Below the pieces are notes generated by a model. That model did no database searches, had not been told where the DNA came from, and saw only the letters and a program-made list of their open reading frames with translations. Positions 8,277 through 18,538 of a DNA stretch of 37,548 nt are shown one piece after another. Source of the stretch: a virus. Lineage: Duplodnaviria > Caudoviricetes. The stretch covers positions 1-37,548 of the IMG/VR virus record IMGVR_UViG_3300025018_000298; one strand, 5' to 3'. Both the position numbers and the translations under genes were made by a program. Numbering within the stretch: the stretch's first letter is position 1; the number at the start of each line of letters is the position of its first letter.

Positions 8277-9456
8277 TGACCATAGCTCACGAAACCATGC
8301 GTTACTTTCTCCATCCACGGCACACCGCTGGAGTAAATGTACAGGCAGTTTAACTTTTGAAGATAATTCAGAAGCAGGGAATGCGGCGAAGGAAGGCACT
8401 CAGGCGCATGAGTTATTAGAAAGTTTATTAACCTATACTAATGTACTTACTAACGACTACCCGGATGATATGGTGCAGCATTGTATGGAGACTGCTCAGA
8501 AACTTAAAGAATTTAAGGATGACTTAAAACAAGCAGGCTATGTAGACATTACATGTTGGGTAGAGCAACCTTTAAAATTTAATCCCTATTTATTTGGAAT
8601 ATGTGATTATATAGTATTAGCATTTAATCCTCTGACAAAGAAACACTTACTATCCATAGTAGATTTTAAATATGGGTATAAGAAGGTATCTGTAAAAGAT
8701 AATCTACAACTATACTTGTATGGATACTTAGCAGCTAAAAGGGTTGCAGATGACGAGGAAGAAATTAATAAAATTGAATTTAAGTTTAGAATAATCCAGC
8801 CTAGAATTAACCATGATGAAACTATAGAGCTGAATGCTACAGAGTTAACTAATAGTATAGCTGGATGTATACAATTGGCCAACTTTTTAAATGAACGAAA
8901 TGGAAATGTACCTACTAACTTTAGCCCTGGCAATCATTGTACTTGGTGTCCTGGTATAGGTAAATGTACTGCTCACCACGACTATCAATTAACTAATAAC
9001 TTAGCCTTGATAGGAAAATTACCTACTCCCTCTAAAAAAGAAATTAAAGATAAGGCTGCTGAATTATCTACTACCCAACAGATACAATTATTTAAAAATA
9101 TTCCTCTGATTAAAGAATTGATGGATGCGGTAACTAATCAACTTTATGTTCAAGCTATGAATGGTGTAGAGTTGCCTGGAGTTAAATTAATCCGAGGGGT
9201 AAGCAAACGTAAATGGGTTAGTGACGAAAAACTAGTAGCTAAGAAATTAAAAGCACTAGGGATCGATAAACCATTCGTGACTAAAAAATCTTTACTAAAT
9301 ATTACTGACGTGGAAAAGCGAGTGGGCAAAGGTCAAATAGATAGCATTACTCACACGCCGACACCGAAAGTAATTTTAGTAGACGACTCTGAGCCGGGGG
9401 AACAGTATTACCCCAAGCAGGAGTTACTTAACTTAATAACTGAAATAGGAGAATAA
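8263..9456 (+). CDS. DUF2800 Cas4-like PD-(D/E)XK exonuclease
   Basis: HALLSPS.AHRW..C.GS, EGT.AH, FGICD, IVDFKYG, N.QL.LY, IIQPR, C.WC....KC. Confidence 0.9.
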   Translation: MSQTNDHSSRNHALLSPSTAHRWSKCTGSLTFEDNSEAGNAAKEGTQAHELLESLLTYTNVLTNDYPDDMVQHCMETAQKLKEFKDDLKQAGYVDITCWVEQPLKFNPYLFGICDYIVLAFNPLTKKHLLSIVDFKYGYKKVSVKDNLQLYLYGYLAAKRVADDEEEINKIEFKFRIIQPRINHDETIELNATELTNSIAGCIQLANFLNERNGNVPTNFSPGNHCTWCPGIGKCTAHHDYQLTNNLALIGKLPTPSKKEIKDKAAELSTTQQIQLFKNIPLIKELMDAVTNQLYVQAMNGVELPGVKLIRGVSKRKWVSDEKLVAKKLKALGIDKPFVTKKSLLNITDVEKRVGKGQIDSITHTPTPKVILVDDSEPGEQYYPKQELLNLITEIGE

Positions 9457-9457
9457 C

Positions 9458-10168
9458 ATGGATAAATACTTGACACCTATAGGACGCTTTAGTTTTCCGG
9501 CATTAGCAGAACCTAATACTAATCCTGAATATGGTAAGAATAACTATGAACTAACATTACTAATACCGAAAGATGTATTTATGGCAGAAGCAAGTTCTCT
9601 ACGAGCTGCCGTTTTAGAATGTGCCAAGACGAATCTTAAGGTTGGTAAGACTAAATCATCCCCTACTAAATTGAAGGACTTTAAACATCCTTTCAGAGAC
9701 GGGGATCAGCTTTATGAAGATAAAGGTTATGAAGCATACAAAGGATGTTTTGTAATTACTGCTAAGAGTCGATATCAGCCCCAAGTAATTAATGCTTCTA
9801 AAAATGAGCTAAATGCTAAACAAATAGCTCAAATTAAAGGTGGGGATTACGGTCGAATGTTGATCAATGTTTTTCCTTATCAGCAACAAGGCGGTGGTGT
9901 AACCTTTGGATTACTGTTAGTGCAGTTCTGGAAGGAAGGACCTGCATTAGGGGGTATTAATAAAGCAGAATTGATAGCTGAGATAAGTGAATTAGAGGTA
10001 CCTTTAGATGAACCTGACGTAGATGCTGAAGATGATGTAGAAATAGAAGAAACCCTTAAACCTAAATCCAAGGCTAAGACTAAAACAAAAATTAAAAAAG
10101 TTGTAGAGGAAGTAACCGCTGAAGAAAACGAAGATGACAGTGACCCGTATAGTTTAGACGACCTGTAA
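9458..10168 (+). CDS. DUF2815 / T7 gp2.5-like ssDNA-binding protein
   Basis: TP.GRFSFP.L.EP, PFRDGD, GVTFGL..VQ, acidic tail; located between DUF2800 and the polymerase. Confidence 0.88.
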   Translation: MDKYLTPIGRFSFPALAEPNTNPEYGKNNYELTLLIPKDVFMAEASSLRAAVLECAKTNLKVGKTKSSPTKLKDFKHPFRDGDQLYEDKGYEAYKGCFVITAKSRYQPQVINASKNELNAKQIAQIKGGDYGRMLINVFPYQQQGGGVTFGLLLVQFWKEGPALGGINKAELIAEISELEVPLDEPDVDAEDDVEIEETLKPKSKAKTKTKIKKVVEEVTAEENEDDSDPYSLDDL

Positions 10169-10184
10169 GCCCTGTAAGCCCTGT

Positions 10185-10224
10185 GAGAGAGCAGTTAGCG
10201 CCTAGCTACTCTCTCTCTTTTTTT
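10185..10224 (+). terminator. Terminator/attenuator hairpin between SSB and polymerase
   Basis: GAGAGAGCAGTTAG / CTAGCTACTCTCTC stem followed by TCTTTTTTT. Confidence 0.7.
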
Positions 10225-10227
10225 AGT

Positions 10228-12075
10228 ATGAAAAAATTATTACTACCATTCAACGATACCAAGTATTCCATATATTACTATGAAGACATAGTTAGTTTCG
10301 TTAAATTACTTAAGCAGAGACCATCTAAAATTTGGGGGTTAGATATAGAGACTGCTAAAGCCCATTCAGATACTCGTGCTGGATTAGACCCATACCTTTC
10401 TAAAATAAGACTAATACAACTATATGATGGTGACGGTAATATATTTGTACTGGATTGCCTTAACTTAGCCTACCCAGATTTTAAAGACTTGAGATTATGG
10501 ATTACAGATAAAAAATTTATAGCCCATAATGCTATATTCGAAATTACTCATTTAGAACTACTAGACTTTAAAGACATGGATATCACCTGCTCCATGATTT
10601 TAGGTATAATGTGTGATAGGGCAGAACGTTCACCTTATGATGGAGATGAGACTGTTAGTTATAAAGGTTTTAGTTTACAAGCATTAGCTAAGAAGTATCT
10701 ATCTCTTGATATAAGTAAAACATTACAAGTATCTGATTGGAATAGCCCTGTACTTACAGATGCTCAAATAAGTTATGCTGCCATTGATACTATAGTTTGT
10801 TACGACTTAGCTCTTAAACTTTTTAAGAAGATTAAAAAATACAATATGCTTAAGAGCTATAAGTTATTTAAACGCATGCTACACGTGATAAGTGAAATGC
10901 AATTAAACGGTATGGAAGTTGATAAAAATAAGCATACTTATTTGATACAACGTTGGAAAGAAGCAGAGTCTACTGCCTACTTAAAATGCTGTAAATATTT
11001 TAAAGATATAAATCTTAATTCTCCTAAACAATTAGCTACTTGGTTAGCTAATAACCCTAGGTTTAAAAATATTTTATCAGCTTGGCCCAAAACTCCTTCC
11101 GGTAGCTATACTTTTAATCGTAGTGAAATTTCAGATTTTATACGTATTCCAGAAATAGCTGCTTTAATGCACTATAAACAATACTCTAAATTATTATCTA
11201 CTTACGGTGAAGGTCTTACCCGTCATCTTAACCCCGTGACTGGAAGATATCATACTCAATTTAACTTAGCTCAAGTACGCACCGGTAGATTATCTAGTTC
11301 TAAACCTAATTTACAAAACATGCCTAGAGACAATGCTGTGAGATCTATGTTTTGTCTAAATCCTGCTAATAAATGTAAGTATATAGTGGCTGATTTTTCT
11401 CAAATTGAAATGCGTGTAGCAGGTGCATTGTCTAAAGATTCCTATATGCTTAAAGCTTACACCAATGGGGATGACTTACATACTTTAATGGCTGCTGCTA
11501 TTACGCATAAACATCCCTCTGCCGTTACCAAAAAAGAACGGCAATTAGCTAAGGCTGTAAACTTTGGATTCCTATATGGTATGGGGGCTAAGAAGTTTAT
11601 TACTTATGTTAAAACATCTTATCCAGACCCTATAACTGAGGAAGAAGCGTATCGTATTAGAGGTATATTTTACGAGACTTATGCAGAATACATAGCTTGG
11701 AGTAACCAGCAAAGAATTAAGGCTGAGAAACTAGGTTTCACTAGAACACCTTTAGGTAGGCTACGTAAATTAGCTTCAGATGAAATATACACTAAAGCGG
11801 TCAATACTCCCGTACAAGGCGGTGCTGCCGAGGTACTATTTATATCTATGATACGACTACGAAATAATATTAAACGGTTAGGTTATAAAGCTAAATTAGC
11901 TAGCTGTATACATGATGAAGTTATTGTAGAATGTAAGGATTGGGACGTAGATGCTGTAACTAAATTAGTAGAAGAATCGATGGTATTTGGTATGCTGAAA
12001 CTATTTCCAGATGCTCCGGTTAATGGATTAGTAGAAGCTCATAGTGCTTTAAGTTGGGCAGACGCTAAATTGTAA
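10228..12075 (+). CDS. polA: Family A DNA polymerase with 3'-5' exonuclease
   Basis: Exo motifs DIET, HNA.FE, YAAID; TGRLSSSKPNLQN, ADFSQIEMR, R..AKAVNFGFLYG, VNTPVQG, IHDE. ATG 10228 preferred. Confidence 0.96.
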   Translation: MKKLLLPFNDTKYSIYYYEDIVSFVKLLKQRPSKIWGLDIETAKAHSDTRAGLDPYLSKIRLIQLYDGDGNIFVLDCLNLAYPDFKDLRLWITDKKFIAHNAIFEITHLELLDFKDMDITCSMILGIMCDRAERSPYDGDETVSYKGFSLQALAKKYLSLDISKTLQVSDWNSPVLTDAQISYAAIDTIVCYDLALKLFKKIKKYNMLKSYKLFKRMLHVISEMQLNGMEVDKNKHTYLIQRWKEAESTAYLKCCKYFKDINLNSPKQLATWLANNPRFKNILSAWPKTPSGSYTFNRSEISDFIRIPEIAALMHYKQYSKLLSTYGEGLTRHLNPVTGRYHTQFNLAQVRTGRLSSSKPNLQNMPRDNAVRSMFCLNPANKCKYIVADFSQIEMRVAGALSKDSYMLKAYTNGDDLHTLMAAAITHKHPSAVTKKERQLAKAVNFGFLYGMGAKKFITYVKTSYPDPITEEEAYRIRGIFYETYAEYIAWSNQQRIKAEKLGFTRTPLGRLRKLASDEIYTKAVNTPVQGGAAEVLFISMIRLRNNIKRLGYKAKLASCIHDEVIVECKDWDVDAVTKLVEESMVFGMLKLFPDAPVNGLVEAHSALSWADAKL

Positions 12076-12085
12076 GGATATATAT

Positions 12086-13315
12086 ATGTATAAATATTTA
12101 CTATTAATATTGTTATTTTTTCCTAGTATAAGTTTAGCTGATACTAAGGATGTTCAAGTACTAGAACAACAATACGTATTATATGCTAAAGGCGTTTGGT
12201 GTATTTGGAATAAAGAAATTAAATGTCCTAAGAAAGGTTTTTCTCCGGGTATTTATTTACTAAAAGGTGACCCAGGTAAATGGCGTTTCCTAACAGAATA
12301 CCCATTACAAAAGCCCGTACCCTATAATTCTAAACTAGAGGCAGATTTTTGTAATGGTATACAAGGAGCATGTTCAGCTAACTTAGTATACTATGCTTCT
12401 GATGATCCCTTAACTAGCAAACAATGGTCTTTACCTTATACTAATATACCTAAATCTCGTAACCATACTGGAGTAACTACTCTTACTATAATAGGAGTAG
12501 TGGATACGGGAGTAGACTGTAAACATCCTGACATACTTTGTGAAAGTAATGGTTATAACGCTATAACTCAAAAACCTGTACAGATAGATGATAACGGACA
12601 TGGTACACATGTGGCTGGTATAGCCTGTGCTACTATAGATAATAACATAGGTATCCAAGGCGCTGTTAATTGTAAAGTATTACCTGTTAAGTTCATGGGT
12701 AGTAATGGTTCAGGTACTTTATATGCTGCGGCTAAGGCTCTTAATTGGCTGCTAGCCTGGAAACGTAGTAACCCTAGTAAATCTTTAGTTATAAATAATT
12801 CATGGGGTAGTTTTGGTAAGTCTGATATTTTAGCTAGTCTAATTTCAGATTTAATAGCTGAAGGAGTTATAGTAATAGCGGCTGCTGGTAATAGTGCTAC
12901 TAACTCTGACTTACATCCTTACTATCCTGCACAGTACCCAGGAGTTATTTCTGTAGGAGCACTAAGTGAGAATGGAAGTAAAGCTTCTTTTTCTAACTAC
13001 GGTAAATCTGTAACTATATGGTCGCCTGGTGTCCAGATAGTTAGTACTTGGTTAGGTGAAAAATATAGATATTTATCTGGTACGTCTATGGCTGCCCCAT
13101 TAGTAGCTGGAATACTAGCTAGTGGTCTTAATCATAAGTCTGTTGAGGAACTAATAGCTAATGTATCTGCCTTAAAAAAATTAAATGCTTACAAGATCAC
13201 AAGTTGTAATGTACCTAAGTTAACTAAATGCAGAAAAAAATGTAAGGGTAATTATGGTAACAGAAGAGAACGAACACACTGTATCCGTAGATGTAAACGA
13301 ACTAGCTGTACCTAA
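12086..13315 (+). CDS. Secreted S8 subtilisin/thermitase-like serine protease with Cys/Arg-rich C-terminal tail
   Basis: Signal peptide (..SLA|D); catalytic VVDTG, HGTHVAG, AAAGN, GTSMAAP all intact. Confidence 0.93.
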   Translation: MYKYLLLILLFFPSISLADTKDVQVLEQQYVLYAKGVWCIWNKEIKCPKKGFSPGIYLLKGDPGKWRFLTEYPLQKPVPYNSKLEADFCNGIQGACSANLVYYASDDPLTSKQWSLPYTNIPKSRNHTGVTTLTIIGVVDTGVDCKHPDILCESNGYNAITQKPVQIDDNGHGTHVAGIACATIDNNIGIQGAVNCKVLPVKFMGSNGSGTLYAAAKALNWLLAWKRSNPSKSLVINNSWGSFGKSDILASLISDLIAEGVIVIAAAGNSATNSDLHPYYPAQYPGVISVGALSENGSKASFSNYGKSVTIWSPGVQIVSTWLGEKYRYLSGTSMAAPLVAGILASGLNHKSVEELIANVSALKKLNAYKITSCNVPKLTKCRKKCKGNYGNRRERTHCIRRCKRTSCT

Positions 13316-13883
13316 TGACGCTATAGTAGCAGATCATTTAAGTCTAGGTATAGACCCAGGTACGAAAGGAGCATTTGCATTAGTAGATATACATAATCCT
13401 TATGAGAACTATGCTATATATCCGTTTGAAGAGGATAACCAACTAGGTATGGCTCAAGTATTAGCTACCTTAAGATCTAAGGTAGTATCCCTTACTATAG
13501 AAAGACAAACAGCGTTCGGCAAACCTATGGTGATAGCTAACCTATTTAAAAGCTTAGGTATGTGGCATACATTACTACACCTAACAGGATATGACTATGA
13601 TACTAGTAACCTAGTACTTCCTAGAGTTTGGCAATCAGCTATATTTGGAGATATGTTAGACCAGCTAGATTCTCCTATGCCACCTAAAACAGATTTAATA
13701 GCTAGACAACGTAGACTTGCCTCTCGTAGAGGACAATTAAAAACTATATCTGTTAAGGAAGCGCAAAAAAGATTTAAAGATTGTCCATTAACTTCTGTTA
13801 GTAAGGGCCACGATAAAGCAGATGCATTGTGGTTAGCTATGTATGGACGTAAACACGTTATTGCTTTATCTAAGCTACTTTAA
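13254..13883 (+). CDS. RuvC-like Holliday junction resolvase
   Basis: LGIDPGTKG, TIE, V.PRVWQ, HDKADAL.LA.YG. Confidence 0.85.
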   Translation: MVTEENEHTVSVDVNELAVPNDAIVADHLSLGIDPGTKGAFALVDIHNPYENYAIYPFEEDNQLGMAQVLATLRSKVVSLTIERQTAFGKPMVIANLFKSLGMWHTLLHLTGYDYDTSNLVLPRVWQSAIFGDMLDQLDSPMPPKTDLIARQRRLASRRGQLKTISVKEAQKRFKDCPLTSVSKGHDKADALWLAMYGRKHVIALSKLL

Positions 13884-14184
13884 CTCCTGTAATACCTAAT
13901 TCAGGAAGTATTTTAGTTTCTATAATTGTTTCTACTCTAATAACCTTTTCTCTTACTGAAGATAACTCTAAGTTTGTGGATGCTATAGATACATTCAAAC
14001 CTTTTATCTCTCCTTTAAGGTCTGCTAGTTCTATTTTCAAAGATGATCCTGTACTTACTAATCGTTCTACATATCTACCTAAACGTAGTATGCCCCAAAA
14101 AAACGAAGCTATACCAGTTATACCGCCTAGTACACCTAGTAATTTAAAGAATAACGGTAGTACGTCTACAGTCTCTGGTGTCAT
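13870..14184 (-). CDS. Holin-like/lysis-associated protein (single TM + coiled coil)
   Basis: N-terminal TM helix and heptad coil; last gene of the lysis cassette. Confidence 0.5.
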   Translation of the reverse strand: MTPETVDVLPLFFKLLGVLGGITGIASFFWGILRLGRYVERLVSTGSSLKIELADLKGEIKGLNVSIASTNLELSSVREKVIRVETIIETKILPELGITGVKVA

Positions 14185-14450
14185 TATTTCTTAGTCTTAT
14201 CTGCAAAAGATAATATTAAAGTACTTAAGAATCCTAGTACCCCTATAACTATAGGCTCACTAGCAGTTAATAAATTTTTAAGAGCATCTATGAAGGGAGT
14301 TACATCGGTTACCGGCAAACCTTTACTTACTAAGTATGCACCTAAAAAAACTATCCCGCCGCTTAAACTTCCTAGCAGATGTCTTACAATAGCTTTACTA
14401 TACTTATTCCATATCGAATCGATTAGGTATTTCTTAAACCAAATAAACAT
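14184..14450 (-). CDS. Putative holin
   Basis: 88 aa, two hydrophobic segments, basic C-terminus, directly after the endolysin. Confidence 0.6.
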   Translation of the reverse strand: MFIWFKKYLIDSIWNKYSKAIVRHLLGSLSGGIVFLGAYLVSKGLPVTDVTPFIDALKNLLTASEPIVIGVLGFLSTLILSFADKTKK

Positions 14451-14496
14451 ATCTTTAATCTCCTGTATAAGTTTATCGCTAATTTACCTACCTTAA

Positions 14497-14928
14497 TTAA
14501 GGTAGATCCACTAACTGAAATAAACCATCTTTTTTCTTTGCGAACCATCTAGTACCTGCTCTATTATCCATATGTACGAAATTATGTACCTCATCTATGT
14601 AAACTCCTCCCCATCCAAAATCTATAGCTGCCTGGAATAGATCCCATATGTTTAAGTTAGGGGTAGTAATGTCAAACGCACACCAAAAATGAAACGAATA
14701 CCTATTGTTCCCGTTATATAATGTAGAATTTTCAGATGGAGATCGGAACCCTCTAAGATGTAGCCCATTATGATTACAGTTAAATTCTGTATTTAAGTGA
14801 CTTCTAAAATTGTCTAACTTAATTAATGCATCCATGGATTGGGCAGTTATACCCCGTTTAAGTAGAGTTAACCCATCTAGTGATAATAGCTCAGTAGCTC
14901 TAAAGTGTTTAAGGTCATCATAAATCAC
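14497..14928 (-). CDS. Endolysin, peptidase M15 family
   Basis: HF...EL, GFRSP.EN, S.H....AFD, GG.Y.....FVHMD.R (Zn-binding H/D/H). Confidence 0.85.
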   Translation of the reverse strand: MIYDDLKHFRATELLSLDGLTLLKRGITAQSMDALIKLDNFRSHLNTEFNCNHNGLHLRGFRSPSENSTLYNGNNRYSFHFWCAFDITTPNLNIWDLFQAAIDFGWGGVYIDEVHNFVHMDNRAGTRWFAKKKDGLFQLVDLP

Positions 14929-17378
14929 TGTCTAGTATGCTCCACTATAGACTCTAATTCTCTACTACGCATCGTAGCTTTAAACTTGTCTTTCTTAGAT
15001 AATGCATTTTTAACATTATTAGAGATATCTGCATTACTTTTCTTTTTAGTAGATTGGGGGTCGGTAGTTGGTTGAGGAGTAGCCAGTGTTCTAAACCCCT
15101 CTAAACTGCCGGCCTTATTTAATGGATTTAACATAAGATACTTTGTAGTAGGATCTAAGCTATCATCTTTAATTATCTTCATTCTAACTGCTTCCTGCTC
15201 TCTACCTGTAGGGTCTGCTATTTTACCATCTATAATAGTGTTAACTCCCTCTAAATATTTATTATTAATTTTTTCAGGGGGAGTCTCAAATAAATCCGAT
15301 GTCTCTGGGTCTAATTTAAGACTTAATAGCATCTGTGTTTTAGACTCCTCCGTACTGTCAGGGGCTAACCCTGCTTCTAAGGTATCCCGTACCTTAATTA
15401 ATGGCTCTATAACTGTATTAGGTAATTGTAGCTCAGTGCTATTCAAAGCTGTATCCACCATAGTCTTTACAGTCTCATAGGTAGCAGGTGTATAGAAACT
15501 AAAATTACTATTGGCATATTTAAAAAATACGCCTGATCCTGCTTCACCTATTAATCTCTTTACTACTGCTGGATGTTTATATAAATCGGCTGCTCTATAT
15601 ATCTGTGCTGCTTTATTTAAAGCCGATAATTTAGACATTTCAGAGGATAAAAATCCTCTAGCAGATATACCCTCCTCATTTAAAGATAGCACTGCTTTTA
15701 CCCTCTGAAATAGACTAGGGCTAAGGTGACTCTGTTCTGCGGCGGATAGCAATTGTATATTAGGCTCAATACTTTTTAAATTACTGTAGGTATGGTTTAG
15801 CTTCTGATATATTTCAAGCTTATCCGGACTTATCTCAGCTATAGACTTTTCTAGATTTTTACGCATTGACCTTTCTAGATCTCCATACGCTAGTGCTTTA
15901 TTTCTTTTAGCTGCATCTTGTAGTAAATCTACATTAAATGTAGCATTATTAGCATACTGTCTTTTAAATTCTAAGGCTCTTTGTATAGGAATATTAGTTC
16001 CTAAAAATTTAGTATCTACTTCTTTGATAAAATTTTCAGCTATACGAAGTTGTCTAGCTTCATTATAAAGTTTATTGACTTCTTTTAAATACTGGTTAGC
16101 TCCGTTAGCTGATATACTATTTTCTCCTACTACTTCTAATAGAGCTTTCTTATTTTTTAGTCTATTACTTACTTTAACTGCTTGTTCATATTGCCTACCT
16201 ACATTTTCAGGTAATAGCTGAGACATTAAACTTTTACGTTCTTCATTGTACACACTATTTAAAGCTTTAGTTTCTGCTCCGGTAGTTAATGTATTAATTT
16301 TATTTTCTATAGGTTGAAATAAATCTCTTAGTAAGACTCCGGATTGCTTACCTTCCTTTACAGCCTGTTCTGCTGTTTCTTGTAGTAATTTATCCATGTT
16401 TATATTAAATACTTTTTTAGTAGTAGCTATACGATGTTCTATATGTTTGAATAATTTATGTTTACCAGTCTTTAAAGAACGCATAAAAATTGGATCAGAT
16501 AAAGCACTTACTGCCTCCTCATACGATTTTCTACTAGTTTTAGTAAAATAATCTTTTACTGATAAACTAGTAGCATTAGCCAATAGTTTATCAGGATTCG
16601 TATTATCTACTAGCCCGTCAAAATATTGAGCTATTTTTATAGGAGCTTCCGATTTACTTAATCCTAAAATCCCTCCTACTCCTCCTAGTAGTCTTCCTCC
16701 AGCACTAAGACCTAACATAGCCCCAGCATCTATAGCTGCTTGAGTTGCCATATTATCATCTAACGGTTCGCCCCCCGCTGTTTTGGATAACACATTACCG
16801 CTAACATCCCCTAGAATACTACCTACCAGTTCTCCTGTGTAACCTGCCGTGGGTGTTACGCCACCTTCCACTATACTACTTAGCTTACCTACAGTCTTAC
16901 CTATAACCCCTTTACTAATACTTCGAGGAACGTTACTGGCTATAACTTCACCTGTTTTACCTAGCAAAGGTTTAGCAGCTACGGATGCTCCTGATAAAAT
17001 ACTTCTACCTGCGTTGCCTGCGCCTACAACTAACGCACCTCTAGCTACCATCTCTAAGGCTGTCTTAGTTTTTTCTAAACTCGCATGTGTACTTCTAAGT
17101 GATTCTGCTTCAGCTCTCAATTTATCTTTAGCATAATCTGGTTGCCAATTTAGCCCTTGTAACTCTGCTATAAACTTACCTGGATTAGTTTTATAATTAA
17201 GAGCTTCCGTAACACTTAAATCTTCCCAGGTTTTACCTTGTTTCGCTAGAATATCATTAAGTTGTCCGAAATAGGCTCGATCTTCATTAGCCGAGGTTAA
17301 TCGTTGTTCTGACTCGGTTAACCGTTGGTCTGACTCGGTTAACCGTTGGTCTGACTCGTTTAATTTATCGTCTGCCAT
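14925..17378 (-). CDS. Large internal virion / DNA ejection protein
   Basis: 817 aa, Gly-rich hydrophobic segments and a long helical body; last structural gene before lysis. Confidence 0.6.
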   Translation of the reverse strand: MADDKLNESDQRLTESDQRLTESEQRLTSANEDRAYFGQLNDILAKQGKTWEDLSVTEALNYKTNPGKFIAELQGLNWQPDYAKDKLRAEAESLRSTHASLEKTKTALEMVARGALVVGAGNAGRSILSGASVAAKPLLGKTGEVIASNVPRSISKGVIGKTVGKLSSIVEGGVTPTAGYTGELVGSILGDVSGNVLSKTAGGEPLDDNMATQAAIDAGAMLGLSAGGRLLGGVGGILGLSKSEAPIKIAQYFDGLVDNTNPDKLLANATSLSVKDYFTKTSRKSYEEAVSALSDPIFMRSLKTGKHKLFKHIEHRIATTKKVFNINMDKLLQETAEQAVKEGKQSGVLLRDLFQPIENKINTLTTGAETKALNSVYNEERKSLMSQLLPENVGRQYEQAVKVSNRLKNKKALLEVVGENSISANGANQYLKEVNKLYNEARQLRIAENFIKEVDTKFLGTNIPIQRALEFKRQYANNATFNVDLLQDAAKRNKALAYGDLERSMRKNLEKSIAEISPDKLEIYQKLNHTYSNLKSIEPNIQLLSAAEQSHLSPSLFQRVKAVLSLNEEGISARGFLSSEMSKLSALNKAAQIYRAADLYKHPAVVKRLIGEAGSGVFFKYANSNFSFYTPATYETVKTMVDTALNSTELQLPNTVIEPLIKVRDTLEAGLAPDSTEESKTQMLLSLKLDPETSDLFETPPEKINNKYLEGVNTIIDGKIADPTGREQEAVRMKIIKDDSLDPTTKYLMLNPLNKAGSLEGFRTLATPQPTTDPQSTKKKSNADISNNVKNALSKKDKFKATMRSRELESIVEHTRQ
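17295..17357. repeat. 3 x 21-bp coding tandem repeat (ES[DE]QRLT)
   Basis: GGTTAACCGTTGGTCTGACTC twice plus one copy with 2 mismatches. Confidence 0.95.
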
Positions 17379-18538
17379 TACTCTAATCCGAAATGTTTTT
17401 TAAATTTTGTATACTCATCGGTGTTAGAATCATCGGTGTTAGAATCATCTATACCTACTTCTACAGGAGTACTAGCACCTCTTAAAAATGTGGTTACATC
17501 TCTATATTTATCCACATCAAATAATGCTCCTTCTGGCCCTTTATAAACTTTGTTATATAGATTAGCAGTATTTCTAATACTATCTAACATATTGTTTTCT
17601 TCTCTACTCAATATATCGTATAGCTGAGGTAATGAAGATAGCTTACCGTTTAAACCTGCCTCTACATCTGCGTTCTCTCTCTCGCTAGAATTACCTTTAA
17701 TAAATGATTTTATATTTTGAGCTTTTACTAAAGACAAAGACGAATCTAATCTGGCTTCTAAGCTATCAGGGGAATACGTAGACAATTCATATATAGTTTT
17801 ATCTGCAAATTTACCGGCTAAACTCTTCCTACGCATCTCGTCTAAACCGCCATAATTGGCTTTAGCTAAGGCCGCTATATCTCGCTTGGCTTGCGCTAAT
17901 CGTTTAAGAGAATCTTCTTTAGTTAACACATTAATTATAGCTCCCTCTGGTGGAGCTTTAAATTCCACTACAGTACCTTTAGGCCCTAGTCCTTCCCTTT
18001 CTTTAACTCTAGCTAAGGTTAAACTATCCTCGATTTTTTCTCCTCTGGACTCTTGTCTACGTATCTCATCCCTAGCTTCTTTCTCTAATGCCTGCCTGGT
18101 TTTTCTTACTTCTTTATCTTGATCTATTTCAAACTTAGCTGTCTGAAGATTTTTAGCCGACTCTAGTCTAGCCTCATTCTCTCTGACTTTAAGGTTAGTT
18201 GCATCTCCCTCACCTGCCGCTGCTATACCGGCTAAGGCTCCTTTCTTACCACCTAACGCAGCACCCGCTAATACGGGTAATATAGTGGCTATAGCCATAG
18301 CTATGTATTCTCCCTTGTTAAGGGGCTCCTTAGCATTTACTTTATCCAGCAATGCCATACCTGTAGAATTTTTTACCCCTGTTGATTGTATCTCATTAAC
18401 TTGTTTGGCTCTCTCAATAGCCTCCATAGTTTCAGATATGCTAGTGCCAGGAACTTTAGTCTGCACATATTCATGTAACATCTCAGGCGTAATCTGATTA
18501 GTATTACCGTTATAATTAGCTAACTCTTCTTCATTCAT
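17378..18538 (-). CDS. Putative ejection protein
   Basis: Hydrophobic IAMAIATILPVLAGAALGG followed by coiled coil; lies in the ejection gene cluster. Confidence 0.55.
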   Translation of the reverse strand: MNEEELANYNGNTNQITPEMLHEYVQTKVPGTSISETMEAIERAKQVNEIQSTGVKNSTGMALLDKVNAKEPLNKGEYIAMAIATILPVLAGAALGGKKGALAGIAAAGEGDATNLKVRENEARLESAKNLQTAKFEIDQDKEVRKTRQALEKEARDEIRRQESRGEKIEDSLTLARVKEREGLGPKGTVVEFKAPPEGAIINVLTKEDSLKRLAQAKRDIAALAKANYGGLDEMRRKSLAGKFADKTIYELSTYSPDSLEARLDSSLSLVKAQNIKSFIKGNSSERENADVEAGLNGKLSSLPQLYDILSREENNMLDSIRNTANLYNKVYKGPEGALFDVDKYRDVTTFLRGASTPVEVGIDDSNTDDSNTDEYTKFKKHFGLE

